A stretch of 63,622 nucleotides of DNA, the filler included, from Octopus bimaculoides (taxonomy: Eukaryota): assembly GCF_001194135.2 (NCBI RefSeq). It is 6 parts of 6 records of this genome, joined end to end, with 100 filler letters (N's around TTAATTAATTAA, not from the genome) between each part and the next. Parts side by side here need not be neighbours in the genome. Positions count along the whole stretch, not along the records: positions 1 to 27,077 come from NC_068987.1; positions 27,178 to 37,681 come from NC_068996.1; positions 37,782 to 44,148 come from NC_068984.1; 3 more parts are not named here. One strand, written 5' to 3'. Positions 25,244-38,389 of the stretch are shown here, piece by piece. Within the stretch, counting starts at the first letter, position 1. The number at the start of each line of letters is the position of its first letter. The notes below the pieces were generated by a model. That model ran no database searches, was not told the origin of the DNA, and worked only from the letters and a program-made list of their open reading frames with translations. The translations under genes and the position numbers were made by a program.

Positions 25244-26000
25244 GAGGGGGTACCCAAAAGAAAATGGAATTTTGCAATATTAATTTATTCACTTAATTTT
25301 ACATGTTTACATTTTTATTGCCTTCAAAGTATTCCCTATTTGAAACGATGCATCAGAACCGGAGCATTTTCCACTATTCAAAGCAATGCTGGACCCTTGC
25401 GAAGTGATGCCTTTTAATGCCTCCATCGTTTTCTTCACCTCTTCAACATCTTCACCTCTTCCATATCTGCACATTCTATAGCACCTCCTTTCCTCACCAG
25501 TGATGACCTTCAGAAAAAGGTCTGGATCAACTTCCAACTGTTCTTTCAGTTCATGGCATGCATTCAGTTGTGACTGCTATTGATCTGCCATGAGCAAGCA
25601 AGGCACAAATTTTGCTGCAACTCTTTTCATTTGTAACTCCTTGCACAATATTCATTGGCAGGAGCTGCAGGACTCACCACTCATATCAACAAGTTCATTG
25701 ATTGTTTGGTGACAGTCCTCCAAGATCAGTTCAAGAATTTCCGTGCTTTCATTTGTTCAGGAGGTTGACAGTCGTCCTGAGGTTGGTCCGCAAATGACAA
25801 GTAACCATTCCCAAAGTGTGGAAACCACTTTTAAACTTGTATTATGCTCATGGCAGCATCCTTGTAAGCTGTTTGAAGCATGACAACTGTTTCAGCTGCC
25901 GTTTTCCCCAGCAGAAAACAATTTCAAAGAAGCACACTGTTCCCTGGTTTCAGTCACCACAAAAATCAACAAACAGTGGGGAAGCACTGCAAAACAAAGA
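25244..26000 (-). mobile_element. Internally deleted mariner (DNA-binding half plus one end)
   Basis: GKTAAETVVMLQTAYKDAAMS, MKRVAAKFVP, DPDLFLKVITGEE; TA plus a gagggggtacccaaaag end at about 25244. Confidence 0.8.
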
Positions 26001-26150
26001 CGCACCACATGGCAGTATAACGTCACTGGACAATGTTGGATGGCATACTGATGCCTGAGGATTGCACCAAGTGGCTTCTAGCGGTGGAAGCCTGAACTAC
26101 AATGGGTTTGTTCCACAGAGAACATTTCCTGTTACTTTTGGGTACCCTCA

Positions 26151-26205
<55 letters not shown>

Positions 26206-27077
26206 TCATCATCATCTTTTAATGTCCGCTTTCCATACTGGTTTGGCTGAGGACTGGCAAGCCAAGAGGGTGCACCAGGCTTCAGTCTGATCTGACAAGG
26301 TTACTACAGCCGGATGCTCTTCCTAATGCCAACCACTCCGAGAGTGTAGTGGGTGCTTTTTACATGCCACCAACATGGGAGCCAGTCAGGTGACACTGGT
26401 ATCGATTTTGCTCGAATGGTGCCAGTGAGGCGGCATTGGCATCAGTCACACTCAAATGGTGTTTTCACATGCCACTGGCATAGGTGTCAGTCAAATGGCA
26501 CTGGCATTGGCCATGCCTGATTGGTGTCTTTTAGATGCCACCAGCACTATATCTATATAGTTATGGGATATTCTGCTAAGAATGTAGTAGAGTACAGTAT
26601 AAAGCTCATCTACCTTCAGATTTACCCTGTGCTATCCAGCAGTAGTATTATATGTACTTCCAGGTTTGCATTTGGGCATCTGGGCAAAATTGCACCTCAT
26701 GTCTGTAGCACTTCATGTTTGAAGCTCTGATGAAGCTATAGGGTGCTACTCAAGCACTCAACTACAAATGCATTGCATTTAATTACGAACGACTACAATA
26801 ATCCTAAAATGACAACTAAGAGAAATTCTATGTACTTCTAACGTCTTTTTTAGTTTTCATATCAGCTTCTGATGAGTATACATATGACTATTCTGATTTT
26901 CTATTTATGAATATCTGAGTCTTTTTGTATGAAACAAATTGAAACAAACATGAAAAATAAAACTATAATCTATTTTAACATCTAACCTTCTCCATTAGAT
27001 GAATATGAATGAATTTGTTGAACTGTGTTTAATAAGTTAAATCATATTTCTACATATATGTATATATATATATATAT

Positions 27078-27177
27078 NNNNNNNNNNNNNNNNNNNNNNN
27101 NNNNNNNNNNNNNNNNNNNNNTTAATTAATTAANNNNNNNNNNNNNNNNNNNNNNNNNNNNNNNNNNNNNNNNNNNN
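27078..27177. other. Artificial scaffold join (44 N + TTAATTAATTAA + 44 N)
   Basis: An identical 100-bp construct occurs five times; the 12-mer gives stops in all six frames. Confidence 0.95.
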
Positions 27178-27234
<57 letters not shown>

Positions 27235-27313
27235 CTTACAGAGAGGGAGATAGAGAGAGTAAGAGACTGAGAGAGAGACAATTAGAGAGCGATAGACAAA
27301 TAGATAGATAGAC

Positions 27314-27380
<67 letters not shown>

Positions 27381-27536
27381 GAGAGAGAATGAGAAAGGTT
27401 ATAGCGAAGAAGAGATGAGGAGACGATGGAAAGTTTGCAAACATGAATTAAATTTTTTTAATTGATTTAATCTTGTGAAATTAAAATTGAAATAATTCGA
27501 TATTTACTATAATATTGNNNNNNNNNNNNNNNNNNN

Positions 27537-27905
27537 CCGTCGCTTACGACGTCGAGGGTTCCAGTTGATCCGATCAACGGAACAGCCTGCTCGTGAAATT
27601 AACGTGCAAGTGGCTGAGCACTCCACAGACACGTGTACCCTTAACGTAGTTCTCGGGGATATTCAGTGTGACACAGAGTGTGACAAGGCTGGCCCTTTGA
27701 ATTACAGGCACAACAGGAACAGGAAGTAAGAGTGAGAGAAAGTTGGGGTGAAAGAGTACAGCAGGGTTCGCCACCATCCCCTGCCGGAGCCTCGTAGAGC
27801 TTTAGGTATTTTCGCTCAATAAACACTCACAACGCCCGGTCTGGGAATCGAAACCGCGATCCTATGACCGCGAATCCGCTGCCCTAACCACTGGGCCATT
27901 GCGCC
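27537..27905 (-). mobile_element. SINE family S3, CpG-intact copy with tRNA-like head
   Basis: Minus head ggcgcaatggcccagtggttagggcagcgg...ggtttcgattcccag (box A/B). Second copy at 30890-31204, cut by a gap. Confidence 0.85.
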
Positions 27906-28170
27906 TCCACGGCTGATTAGTATGGCCTCACAAAAAGAATAACATCACCAACAACAACTACAACAACAACAAAAAAAGCAATAACAGTCACAACAGCAGT
28001 AATAACAACCGCATCCTCACCATCAGCTGCTGCAGCAACAAACAACATCCCCAACGAGTGAGCTCCGACATGTTCGTTCGGTTGGCTAGATGTAGCAGCT
28101 GAATTTGTCTCAAAAACAAACTCGACTGAATTTAAAAACGAAGAACACATTGAATGATGCTGTGCTAAAA

Positions 28171-28390
28171 CAGTTATTCTCAACCATTTTTTTTTTACTC
28201 AAGAGAACTCTGAGAGCCATTCGATGTTTTAAAAATCCTATTATATTTTTATAATCAAATATTAGGAATTTGTATAAAACAATATTTCGTGTATTGTGGA
28301 AGTATAGCCAATTTATAGCTGATAAACTTTAACATCAAAATTTTTATATGGACTCCCAAAGGTTATATGGACCTCAATCGAAAACTACTG
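28171..28390. mobile_element. hAT-like MITE, older copy
   Basis: cagttattctcaacc start; internal similarity to 53010-53251. Confidence 0.55.
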
Positions 28391-28963
28391 TCAAGAACGT
28401 AAAAATGTCAAGAACACAAAAAGGGAGGATGGTCATTAATGAAATATGATTAATCATTAGTCTCATTTGTCATGAATAACATGGTGTCAAACATCATCAT
28501 CATCATCATCATCACAGCAACAGCGAGAGGAACTATGATGACGATGACGACGACAACAGCAACAACAACAACAACAGCAACAACAGCAACGATAAAGACG
28601 ATTTAAAAACAAAACATTTTCTATTGAAACATTAAAGTCTTAGATTCGAGGAAATGGAAAAATTTGCAATCGTATCGATCCCAAAAGGCATTATTGACGA
28701 ACATAAAACTATTCCTGTGAGGATTCGAAACCATTTTGCTGCGGCGAACCGAAACTTTGATATCTTTTACATTACTGCTTATTTTTTTTTTGTATTTTTT
28801 TAAAAACGTTTCTCTCAACCTTTTTCTCTCTCCCCACCTGTTGTTGTAGCTACTCAAGAATTCAAGAATTATTAATAAAGGTTGAGGTGGGAGAGATGAT
28901 CACACACACACACATACATATATGTACACATATACATAAACATACATACATATGTACTCACAC

Positions 28964-28994
<31 letters not shown>

Positions 28995-29068
28995 ACACAC
29001 ACACACACACAACACACACACACACACACACACACACNNNNNNNNNNACACAACACACACACACACAC

Positions 29069-29113
<45 letters not shown>

Positions 29114-29329
29114 GTACATATATATACAGACATATATATACACACATATGTACACACACGCGCACACACACATATATACATTACCATGTGTGGAACAACA
29201 CTTACAAGAACACCTTTCAATCGCAATCGAATATGAATTGCGAGCAGAAAGGACGGTTCTAGTTCGTAGTTTCGCACATTTTCCTTTCATTTCAATCAAT
29301 TTTTAGAGTTGACTTTAGTCGCTCTTTCG

Positions 29330-30080
29330 AAAAAAAACCAAAAAAACAAAAAAAAAAACCCTTGTGGTCTTTTCCGGGTGGTTAGTTCACTACAGAGGAT
29401 TTCGCGAGGAAATGTTCCTCTTTCATTTTAACCAAATACCTTGACCATCGAAATTGGTGTTTCATCATGCTGGATTATATGCTTCGACTATTGTTCTTCT
29501 TGTCACGACCATCGGAGCGTGAAGCGCCCCTCACGTCTGAAGGTTGTATCCTGTAAACAGTTTTGAGTAGGAACCGGAAAGAGCAGTATGAACAAGCAAT
29601 GCGCATATGTGTATTGGATTTGTAAAAGGGAAGTAAAAACGCAATGCGCATGTTACATCTCGCGTTATCATACTGTGTAAATTATGCAGGTAACAACGTT
29701 TCCACATCCGATATCTTAACTTTTCTCCGCCTACCGTCAGAAAATAACCCGAAAATTAAAGGCTATACAAGTTGACAATACTATTCTGATATATAAAAGC
29801 AAAGGCAATTATTAAAGGTTCCTGGAAAAAAACAAAAAACAAAAAAACAAAACAAAACAAAGACTCGACTGTCCTTTGAACTCCAGAAGCAACCTCTTAA
29901 TCAATAAATGTATATCAATTAAAAAGTTCTATAAAATAATACATTTATTTGTTTATATTTCATAATTTTTACAACCTTGTGAACGCATATACACTTCTAT
30001 TACTGCCCTGACAAGATATTAGGCACCTAACGCTTCCTAACTACTGTTCCCGTAGTTTCTGTCTTTTTAAGCGAACCACT
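29330..30080. promoter_or_regulatory. Candidate promoter-like island
   Basis: CpG-retaining sequence that matches none of the window's repeats. Contains ccggaa, ggaagt, attgg, two gcaatgcgcat, tctcgcg and actac-nn-ttccc motifs. Confidence 0.4.
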
Positions 30081-30393
30081 TCGGTTTCCCATAATTCTTT
30101 GAAAATAGCAGACGAATTTTCACAGACTCCCAGATGCAGAACCTGTGTGTTTTTGTGGGGGATTCAAGGTGTAATAATTCTAACAACTATAAGCAATCAG
30201 AGGATATTGGTATATCTTATATTATCTGACAGGGTGCCACAACTGACACATTAACTAAAAAAACAAACAAAAAAACATGTAATATTCTCAATTCTTTGCT
30301 TGTCCATAAAAAAATATTCATTAGCATTGTAGCACATTTTTCATCTCTTCCTTATGATGTTTAATACTGTGTGGATTTTGCTGACAGATTAAA

Positions 30394-30690
30394 GGCGGCG
30401 AGATGGCTGAAACGTTAGCACGCCGGGCGAAATGCTTCGTCTGTCCTTGTTTGTCCCCTCTATGTTTAGCCCCTTGTGGGCAATAAAGAAATAAGAAACG
30501 TTAGCACACCAGGCGAAATGCTTAGAGGTTTTCGTCTGACTTTACATTCTGAGTTCAAATTCCGCCGAGGTCGTCTTTACTTTTCCTCTTTTCGGGTTCG
30601 ATAAATTAAGTACCAGTTCCGTACTGGGTCGATCTAACCGACTGGCCCCAACCCCAAAATTTCGGGCCGTATGCCTAGAGTAGAAAAGGA
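30394..30690 (+). mobile_element. Composite SINE S2 (deleted copy fused to a second copy)
   Basis: gaaacgttagcac-ccnggcgaaatgctt is repeated on both sides of the gtccttgtttgtcccc...aaagaaataa tail module. Confidence 0.7.
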
Positions 30691-31959
30691 TATATAACAT
30701 ATTAACAGAGAGAGAGGAAAGAGAAAGAGAGAGGAGTAGAAAGAGAGAGTGAGAAAAAGAGCAAGATAATATTAAGAGTTTGAGAAATTAATGGGAGATA
30801 CATAATGTTAAAATTCTGAGGAGAGTATGAGATTTTATCGTATCCTAGCGAATGTCTTGCTCTGCGTTAAGAAGGATAAAGAATATTGTTGTTGGCACTC
30901 CGTCCCTTACGACGTCGAGGGTTCCAGTTGATCCGATCAACGGAACAGCCTGCTCGTGAAATTAACGTGCAAGTGGCTGAGCACTCCACAGACACGTGTA
31001 CCCTTAATGTAGTTCTTGGGGATATTCAGCGTGACACAGTGTGACAAGGCTGGCCCTTTGAAATACAGGTACAACAGAAACAGGAAGAAAGAGTGAGAAA
31101 AAGTTGTGGTGAAAGAGTACAGCAGGGTTCGCCACCATCCCCTGCCGAAGCCTCGTGGAGCTTTAGGTGTATTCGCTCAATAAACACTCACAACGCCCGG
31201 TCTGNNNNNNNNNNNNNNNNNNNNNNNNNNNNNNNNNNNNNNNNNNNNNNNNNNNNNNNNNNNNNNNNNNNNNNNNNNNNNNNNNNNNNNNNNNNNNNNN
31301 NNNNNNNNNNNNNNNNNNNNNNNNNNNNNNNNNNNNNNNNNNNNNNNNNNNNNNNNNNNNNNNNNNNNNNNNNNNNNNNNNNNNNNNNNNNNNNNNNNNN
31401 NNNNNNNNNNNNNNNNNNNNNNNNNNNNNNNNNNNNNNNNNNNNNNNNNNNNNNNNNNNNNNNNNNNNNNNNNNNNNNNNNNNNNNNNNNNNNNNNNNNN
31501 NNNNNNNNNNNNNNNNNNNNNNNNNNNNNNNNNNNNNNNNNNNNNNNNNNNNNNNNNNNNNNNNNNNNNNNNNNNNNNNNNNNNNNNNNNNNNNNNNNNN
31601 NNNNNNNNNNNNNNNNNNNNNNNNNNNNNNNNNNNNNNNNNNNNNNNNNNNNNNNNNNNNNNNNNNNNNNNNNNNNNNNNNNNNNNNNNNNNNNNNNNNN
31701 NNNNNNNNNNNNNNNNNNNNNNNNNNNNNNNNNNNNNNNNNNNNNNNNNNNNNNNNNNNNNNNNNNNNNNNNNNNNNNNNNNNNNNNNNNNNNNNNNNNN
31801 NNNNNNNNNNNNNNNNNNNNNNNNNNNNNNNNNNNNNNNNNNNNNNNNNNNNNNNNNNNNNNNNNNNNNNNNNNNNNNNNNNNNNNNNNNNNNNNNNNNN
31901 NNNNNNNNNNNNNTAGGGAATTCATGGCTCAAATTAGTTTTGAATAAAATTTGATTGAT

Positions 31960-32770
31960 AGCGGATAGTCACATGACTGGTTTTAGAAATTTTTGTAGGT
32001 TCCCCGCTACGTCCGTGTATTAGTATCAAGTGACAATGTTTGGCGTCATAAGTTAAGGCTGACACGGTTGACTGAACACGTCCAAACAATCAATGCTCTG
32101 AATGTTTTCTGTCAAGTGTTTGTAGAAAATGAACACGTGATTAAGATTAGAACCTTTTGTACGTTTGCCGCTCCGTCCGTGCGTTAGTGTCACGTGACTA
32201 TATTTTACGCCTAAAATGAAGGCTGACACGGTTGTGTGAACATGTTTAGTTACAATCAAAGCACTCCAAATTTAATCTGTATGGTGGGAAAGTGGACAGG
32301 AGTCGTTTGTATGTAGTCCAATGGCTAAAGTTTAGGTTGTTAGTTTTGTAGGTTCCTCATGTTTGTTAAGTTTTGGTTTGTACTTTTGTATGAAAGTATT
32401 TTCTTTGTTTATCCGTGCTTCATCTGTGGTATTCACTGAACATAGGTAGAGTGGGAAGACATGGAATTTGGGGGCCTTATTTTTTGCACATATGTCTGTG
32501 TCCACTCAGTGGAATCTGTCTAGTACTGATGTCTCGTATTTGTTGTCGGTGAATGGTCAGTCTATTTCATATAGTAAGCTTTGTTTGACCTATGTAATCT
32601 TTATTACCTTCTTGATATGTGATAGCGTATATTAAATTCCTTGAAGACCATGTAAAGTGATTTTTTGCGGTAAAAATCTGTCCTGATTTCAATTTGTATA
32701 TTGTATCTTCAATAAGGTTTATACAAGTCCTGCAAATTGACAATTTGGTGTAGGAATTGTGGAAGGTAAT
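31960..32770 (-). mobile_element. Penelope-like element 3' end: GIY-YIG endonuclease relic plus duplicated 3' module
   Basis: FTWSSRNLIYAITYQEGNKDYIGQTKLTI*NRLTIHRQQIRD...ENTFIQKYKPKLN. Upstream low-complexity ORF-like DNA to about 34500 may belong to it. Confidence 0.8.
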
Positions 32771-32888
32771 TTAGCACTTTAGAGGAACTTTTGAGGGACT
32801 TTGATGAAAAGTCAGAAATGTCTCTGACAGCGAGAAAGCAAAAGAAAAGGGCAGTCGTTTGTGAAGATAAAGCAATCATCATGCATGC

Positions 32889-32921
<33 letters not shown>

Positions 32922-35900
32922 TGTATGTATGTATGTATGTATGTGTGTGTGCACATAAGATAAAAGATAAAAATATGCCTAGAGCTATTTGATTCAAGTT
33001 TGTCGTATTTGTTGTAAATTCCAGGTCATCTTTAATTGGAGAGGCCTGTTGCCAAAAGTGTTCCATCTGTCGTCTTCTGTATCCCAGCTTTTTTGCTGTT
33101 GATGTGTTTTTCTCTTTCTTTCTGCTTGCCACCCGTTGCCATTTGCTTTCTTCCTCACCACCTTCGTCACACGATACATCTGAGTAGTTACAAGTGGGGA
33201 GAAGCGTGTCTTGGCGGGGTTTATTATTTTATTGCTTTTTTGTCTTATTGTTGTTTTTGTTTGGGGGCTTTCAGTTGCTGCTGTTGTTGATGAAGTGTTG
33301 TCCCTTAAGAAAGGTGTTTCTTAATGTTTTTGTTACCGTTTCTTCTACTGTTCGGGTTTTTGCTTTCTGCCGCCTTGGTGGCTGCCGGTCTTGGTGTTAC
33401 AGTTGCTGTTATTGTTGCTGTTTGGTGCTACTCTTAATTTTCCTGGTGTTGTTGATGATGCAGCTGTGATGATAGTGTTGGAAGAGATGGGGTGGGGTTG
33501 TCTTTTTTGAGATGGTTTATGCCTTGAGGTAGTTTATGTCACTACTCAAGTGAATTCTCGGCATTTTGCTCTCAACGGCCACATACAGTTGCAAGCCGTC
33601 TGGCAGATTGTTTAGTCCGGGATAGATTCCATGCTTTGATGATACTTCTGGATCAATCTAACCCGACGAATTTTATCTTTTCGGACCTGTAGAATATTCG
33701 TTTTGTACTCTACGACAAAAAGGATAGCTGCGACCTATCAGCAGATGTTTATTCCTGGCGGCATATCGACCATATTTTAATTACCCAACGGCCAGGTCAA
33801 ATCGACCGTTTCGTTACTCTATAAGGTTGTTGTGGAGTGCTTTCTGGTTTCATCTTCTGTAGGAAATCTCACCTCTGCTATATCATACTTTTCTCCACAA
33901 GCAACGTATGTTTTAGTGCCCAAGATAAGTATGATGCATTTTAAAAAATTATTACTTTGTTGCCTGCTCTATTTTGTTAGTTTTTTTTCTTAAGGGTTTG
34001 TATATATATCTCAGTTCTAAGGTTTGTTTCATGACGGATGGATTCTAAGATACCACATTTCGGCCACATTTCGTCTGCATGCTTTTAGCATTTTTCAGTT
34101 CGTCCGCTGACAGTATAATTTCTCCTGTCAGGCACATCACTTTAGCAACGGCACCATAAGTTGTCATGTCTTTATTTTTTTTTACGGTGGTGGCCACCGG
34201 CGGTAGCATTTGTAGTCCTATTGAGAGGAGGAGGACAATTTTTGTCTTTGTGTCTTTAGTAATCATTTTTATTGTTGTTTTCGTTGTTATTGTTGCTTTT
34301 TCATGTTCCTTGTCGCTGTTGTTTTCATTTGCATTGTTGTTGCTTTTGATATTGTTGTTGATTTTGTTATTGCTTTTGTTGTTGTTGTTGTTGTTGTTAT
34401 TATTGTTGCTTTGCTTGGTACTGGCGGTAGGGATGGTGGTGGTTTGCGTCAAAGAAGGGAAAACTGTATCGAAGTTGTTCTCGTTTCTGTTTTCACTTTC
34501 CTGACTATTTACCAAAAATTTCTTGAAAAGTTTTAAAAATATGTATATTTTACGAAATCAATGAAAAATTCAATCCCGAAGGGCAAAAATTCGAAGAAAC
34601 TTTGCAGCTCTTCTTCTCCTCAGCCCCTTTGTGATCTTACGTGAGACATAGTACCAAAATTTCGAATATTAATGTGCAAAAGAAAGACTTATGAGTGATT
34701 CGAAGCGGACGTGTTACCATTACTACCACCATCACCAACAGTACCAGCACCAAGACCAACAACAGCAGCAGCACCACCATTACCACGACCGTCGCTACCA
34801 CCACCACAGCAACTATTAATAGTAATGATTATATTTTATCTTTTACCTGCTTCAGTCATTGGCTTCGGTCATGCTGAGACACCACCTCGAATGAATCGAC
34901 CTCAGAACTTCTTTTAAGCCTGGTACTTATTCTATCGGTACCTTTTGCTGAACCTCCATGTTACGGGAATGTAAATGCACCAGCGCCGGTTGTCAAGTGG
35001 TGGCGGGGAATAAACAGAGACACACACACATATGGGCGCGGGCGGGGCTATATTGCTAAGAAGCTTGCTTCNNNNNNNNNNNNNNNNNNNNNNNNNNNNN
35101 NNNNNNNNNNNNNNNNNNNNNNNNNNNNNNNNNNNNNNNNNNNNNNNNNNNNNNNNNNNNNNNNNNNNNNNNNNNNNNNNNNNNNNNNNNNNNNNNNNNN
35201 NNNNNNNNNNNNNNNNNNNNNNNNNNNNNNNNNNNNNNNNNNNNNNNNNNNNNNNNNNNNNNNNNNNNNNNNNNNNNNNNNNNNNNNNNNNNNNNNNNNN
35301 NNNNNNNNNNNNNNNNNNNNNNNNNNNNNNNNNNNNNNNNNNNNNNNNNNNNNNNNNNNNNNNNNNNNNNNNNNNNNNNNNNNNNNNNNNNNNNNNNNNN
35401 NNNNNNNNNNNNNNNNNNNNNNNNNNNNNNNNNNNNNNNNNNNNNNNNNNNNNNNNNNNNNNNNNNNNNNNNNNNNNNNNNNNNNNNNNNNNNNNNNNNN
35501 NNNNNNNNNNNNNNNNNNNNNNNNNNNNNNNNNNNNNNNNNNNNNNNNNNNNNNNNNNNNNNNNNNNNNNNNNNNNNNNNNNNNNNNNNNNNNNNNNNNN
35601 NNNNNNNNNNNNNNNNNNNNNNNNNNNNNNNNNNNNNNNNNNNNNNNNNNNNNNNNNNNNNNNNNNNNNNNNNNNNNNNNNNNNNNNNNNNNNNNNNNNN
35701 NNNNNNNNNNNNNNNNNNNNNNNNNNNNNNNNNNNNNNNNNNNNNNNNNNNNNNNNNNNNNNNNNNNNNNNNNNNNNNNNNNNNNNNNNNNNNNNNNNNN
35801 NNNNNNNNNNNNNNNNNNNNNNNNNNNNNNNNNNNNNNNNNNNNNNNNNNNNNNNNNNNNNNNNNNNNNNNNNNNNNNNNNNNNNNNNNNNNNNNNNNNN

Positions 35901-36663
35901 NNNNNNNNNNNNNNNNNNNNNNNNNNNNNNNNNNNNNNNNNNNNNNNNNNNNNNNNNNNNNNNNCCAGCATGGTCGCAGTCTAATGAATGAAATAAGGAA
36001 AAGAGAAGAAACTTCTCACACACACAAAAGAAAAAGGAAAAGGTAAGAAATTGAGCAAATATCGTAACAGTTGTAATGTAAAAATGTCAAAGATGGCCTC
36101 TTAGATCTTTGAAATGCAAGAGAGAAGATTCTCATTATTTTTTTTACATTGCATAAATCTCTCAACAAAGAACTTTCAATTCAGTGCAAGTACGACACAA
36201 AGTCAACGACAAACAGCAGAAAATAAATCTCACCAGCTAACAATAGTAATAAAAAAAAAAAACGAAAACAAAAACAAAATCTTTAAAACAACAACAATAA
36301 AAAATAAAAATAACCAAACGAATAACAAAATTAAAAATGAAAAATAACACATAAATAGAAACCTCCGCCAGAACACACCCGCCGCACAAAAATAAAAATT
36401 AAAAAAAATCACATACGTATATACGACGTTGTGTTAACGATAGTGGAAACCGAAGCACAGTTGTACGTGTTGTATCAAAAAGCACTGTTATGGCCAGATG
36501 GTGTGTAGTGAGTGAGATCAACACAACACCAAATTTAGGAAAGTAAATAATAGATTTGGTATCAGGAAGAAGAAGAATATAGGATGGGAAAAGGGGTGGA
36601 GGGAACTGATCTTAAAGTGTGAAATTTGTAATTGTGTAAGTCACAAATAAAATAGCAAAATAC

Positions 36664-36664
36664 C

Positions 36665-36724
<60 letters not shown>

Positions 36725-36886
36725 TGTAGTAGTAGTAGTGGTGGTGGTGGTGGTGATAGTGTTTATAGTGGCGGGAGTAGAACTAGTAGCTATATTGGTA
36801 GTAACAGTAGAAATGGTGGTGGGGATTGTAGCATTAGTAGTAGAAATAGGAATTGTAGTGGAAGCAACAGAAGTAGTAGCAGGAGC

Positions 36887-36941
<55 letters not shown>

Positions 36942-36993
36942 ATCTTGGGAATGACATTCTTCTTCTTCTTCTTCTTCTTCTTCTTCTTCTTCT
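36664..36993 (+). repeat. Compound (TAG)n / (TTC)n microsatellite
   Basis: Read directly. Confidence 0.95.
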
Positions 36994-37560
36994 TCATCTT
37001 CTTTTATTGTCTTTGCATAGCTTCTAACGCTGGAGATGTACTACGGTGTCAGCTGTTCACCCTTATTGCAGCCCCTATTTGTTCCATGTACTTCTCAGGA
37101 TTTTTACTCACTGTTCCCAGGGTTCCGACAATTATTGATACTACTACTACCACTTTTTTCATCGACCACAACTGCTTAACCTCCCAAGCTAACCTGTCAT
37201 ATCTCTCAACTTTTCTTTCTTCCTTATCGCATACCTTGTTGTCTGCTGGGCATGCTATATCTATGATCCTGTATCGTTTGCTTTCTTTCTCAATTCACAC
37301 TATGTCTGGTTTCCTATTCTCTATCTCATGGTCGTACTGAATCACAAAATTCCATAGGATCTTTACATTATCATTTTCGATGATGCCTTCGGATTTATGT
37401 TCGTACCACATTTTTGCTCTGTCAAGTCAATACTTGTTGCGAAGTGTCCAATGGACAATCCTTGCTATGTTGTCAGGACGTCTCTTATATCCCTTCAGGG
37501 CCAGTGGCGTACATTGACTGGTGATATGCCATACGGTTTCACCGTGCAGAATTTGTGGAC
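36990..37560 (-). mobile_element. 5'-truncated RLE-type (R4/Dong-like) non-LTR: zinc knuckle plus restriction-like endonuclease
   Basis: ETVWHITSQC, WYEHKSEGIIENDNVKILWNF, NRKPDIV, IIDIACPAD, IIVGTLG. Confidence 0.85.
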
Positions 37561-37585
37561 AAAATTATTATTATTATTATTATTA

Positions 37586-37647
<62 letters not shown>

Positions 37648-37681
37648 TAGTTTTATTTTTATAACGTACTTTCACTTCACT

Positions 37682-37781
37682 NNNNNNNNNNNNNNNNNNN
37701 NNNNNNNNNNNNNNNNNNNNNNNNNTTAATTAATTAANNNNNNNNNNNNNNNNNNNNNNNNNNNNNNNNNNNNNNNNNNNN
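37682..37781. other. Artificial scaffold join
   Basis: 44N-TTAATTAATTAA-44N. Confidence 0.95.
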
Positions 37782-38059
37782 AGAGAGAGAGAGAGAGAGA
37801 GTTATATATATATATATATATGTATGTGTATACCACTAGTAGAGTAGTTACTGTTATTTCCAGCAGTAAGGTATCTACTATCGACAAGGCCAAACAAGGC
37901 TGAAACAACGTGATCTGGTTGTCTTGTAGCAGTGATTGTCTGCTGCTGGTGATGTAAACAATGAAGTGCTTGCATGCTCTACAAAATCATATGAGAGTTT
38001 CTCTCTCGGTAAATATCTATCTTAGTATTGTGTGTCCCAACACAACATTCACTTTTAAG

Positions 38060-38380
38060 TGGCAGATGTAGGACAAAGTGGTGAGAAAGGATCTGCAGAT
38101 GTTGGGTCTTGCAGAGGGGATGATAGTGGACCGAAACTCCAGGCAGTTTATTGTGCTTGAAAAGACACGTCAAGCCAAGTAAAAGCATGGTTGCCTTTGC
38201 ATAGTGGCTCATCCCCTGCAACTCTCTCTAGCTGAGCATCCCTAATCTTACAGGTTTGTAGGTGCTGGTGCCATGTACAAAGCATCCAGTACACTGTGCA
38301 AAGTGGTTGGTGTTAGGAAGGGCATCTAGTCATAGAAACCATGCAAAAACAGACAGGGAGCCTGAACAGTCTTTCAGCTG
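38060..38380 (+). mobile_element. RTE LINE 3' end
   Basis: VVRKDLQMLGL...VLEKTRQAK-like end plus the shared UTR. Confidence 0.65.
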
Positions 38381-38389
38381 ATCAGCCCC

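Noticed and set aside
26720-26950. Two CTGATGA motifs, one followed by a long hairpin and tgaaac
   Set aside because: No UH cleavage triplet and no stem I partner; too degenerate to call.
27122-27133. TTAATTAATTAA as a conserved motif or homeodomain site
   Set aside because: It is always centred in 44 N on each side, so it is an assembly spacer.
27840-27905. tRNA-like sequence
   Set aside because: It is the head of a multi-copy SINE and continues into the SINE body; no complete cloverleaf.
28621-28857. 78-aa minus ORF and overlapping plus ORF MEKFAIVSIPKG...
   Set aside because: No recognisable domain or dynein similarity; the length is compatible with chance.
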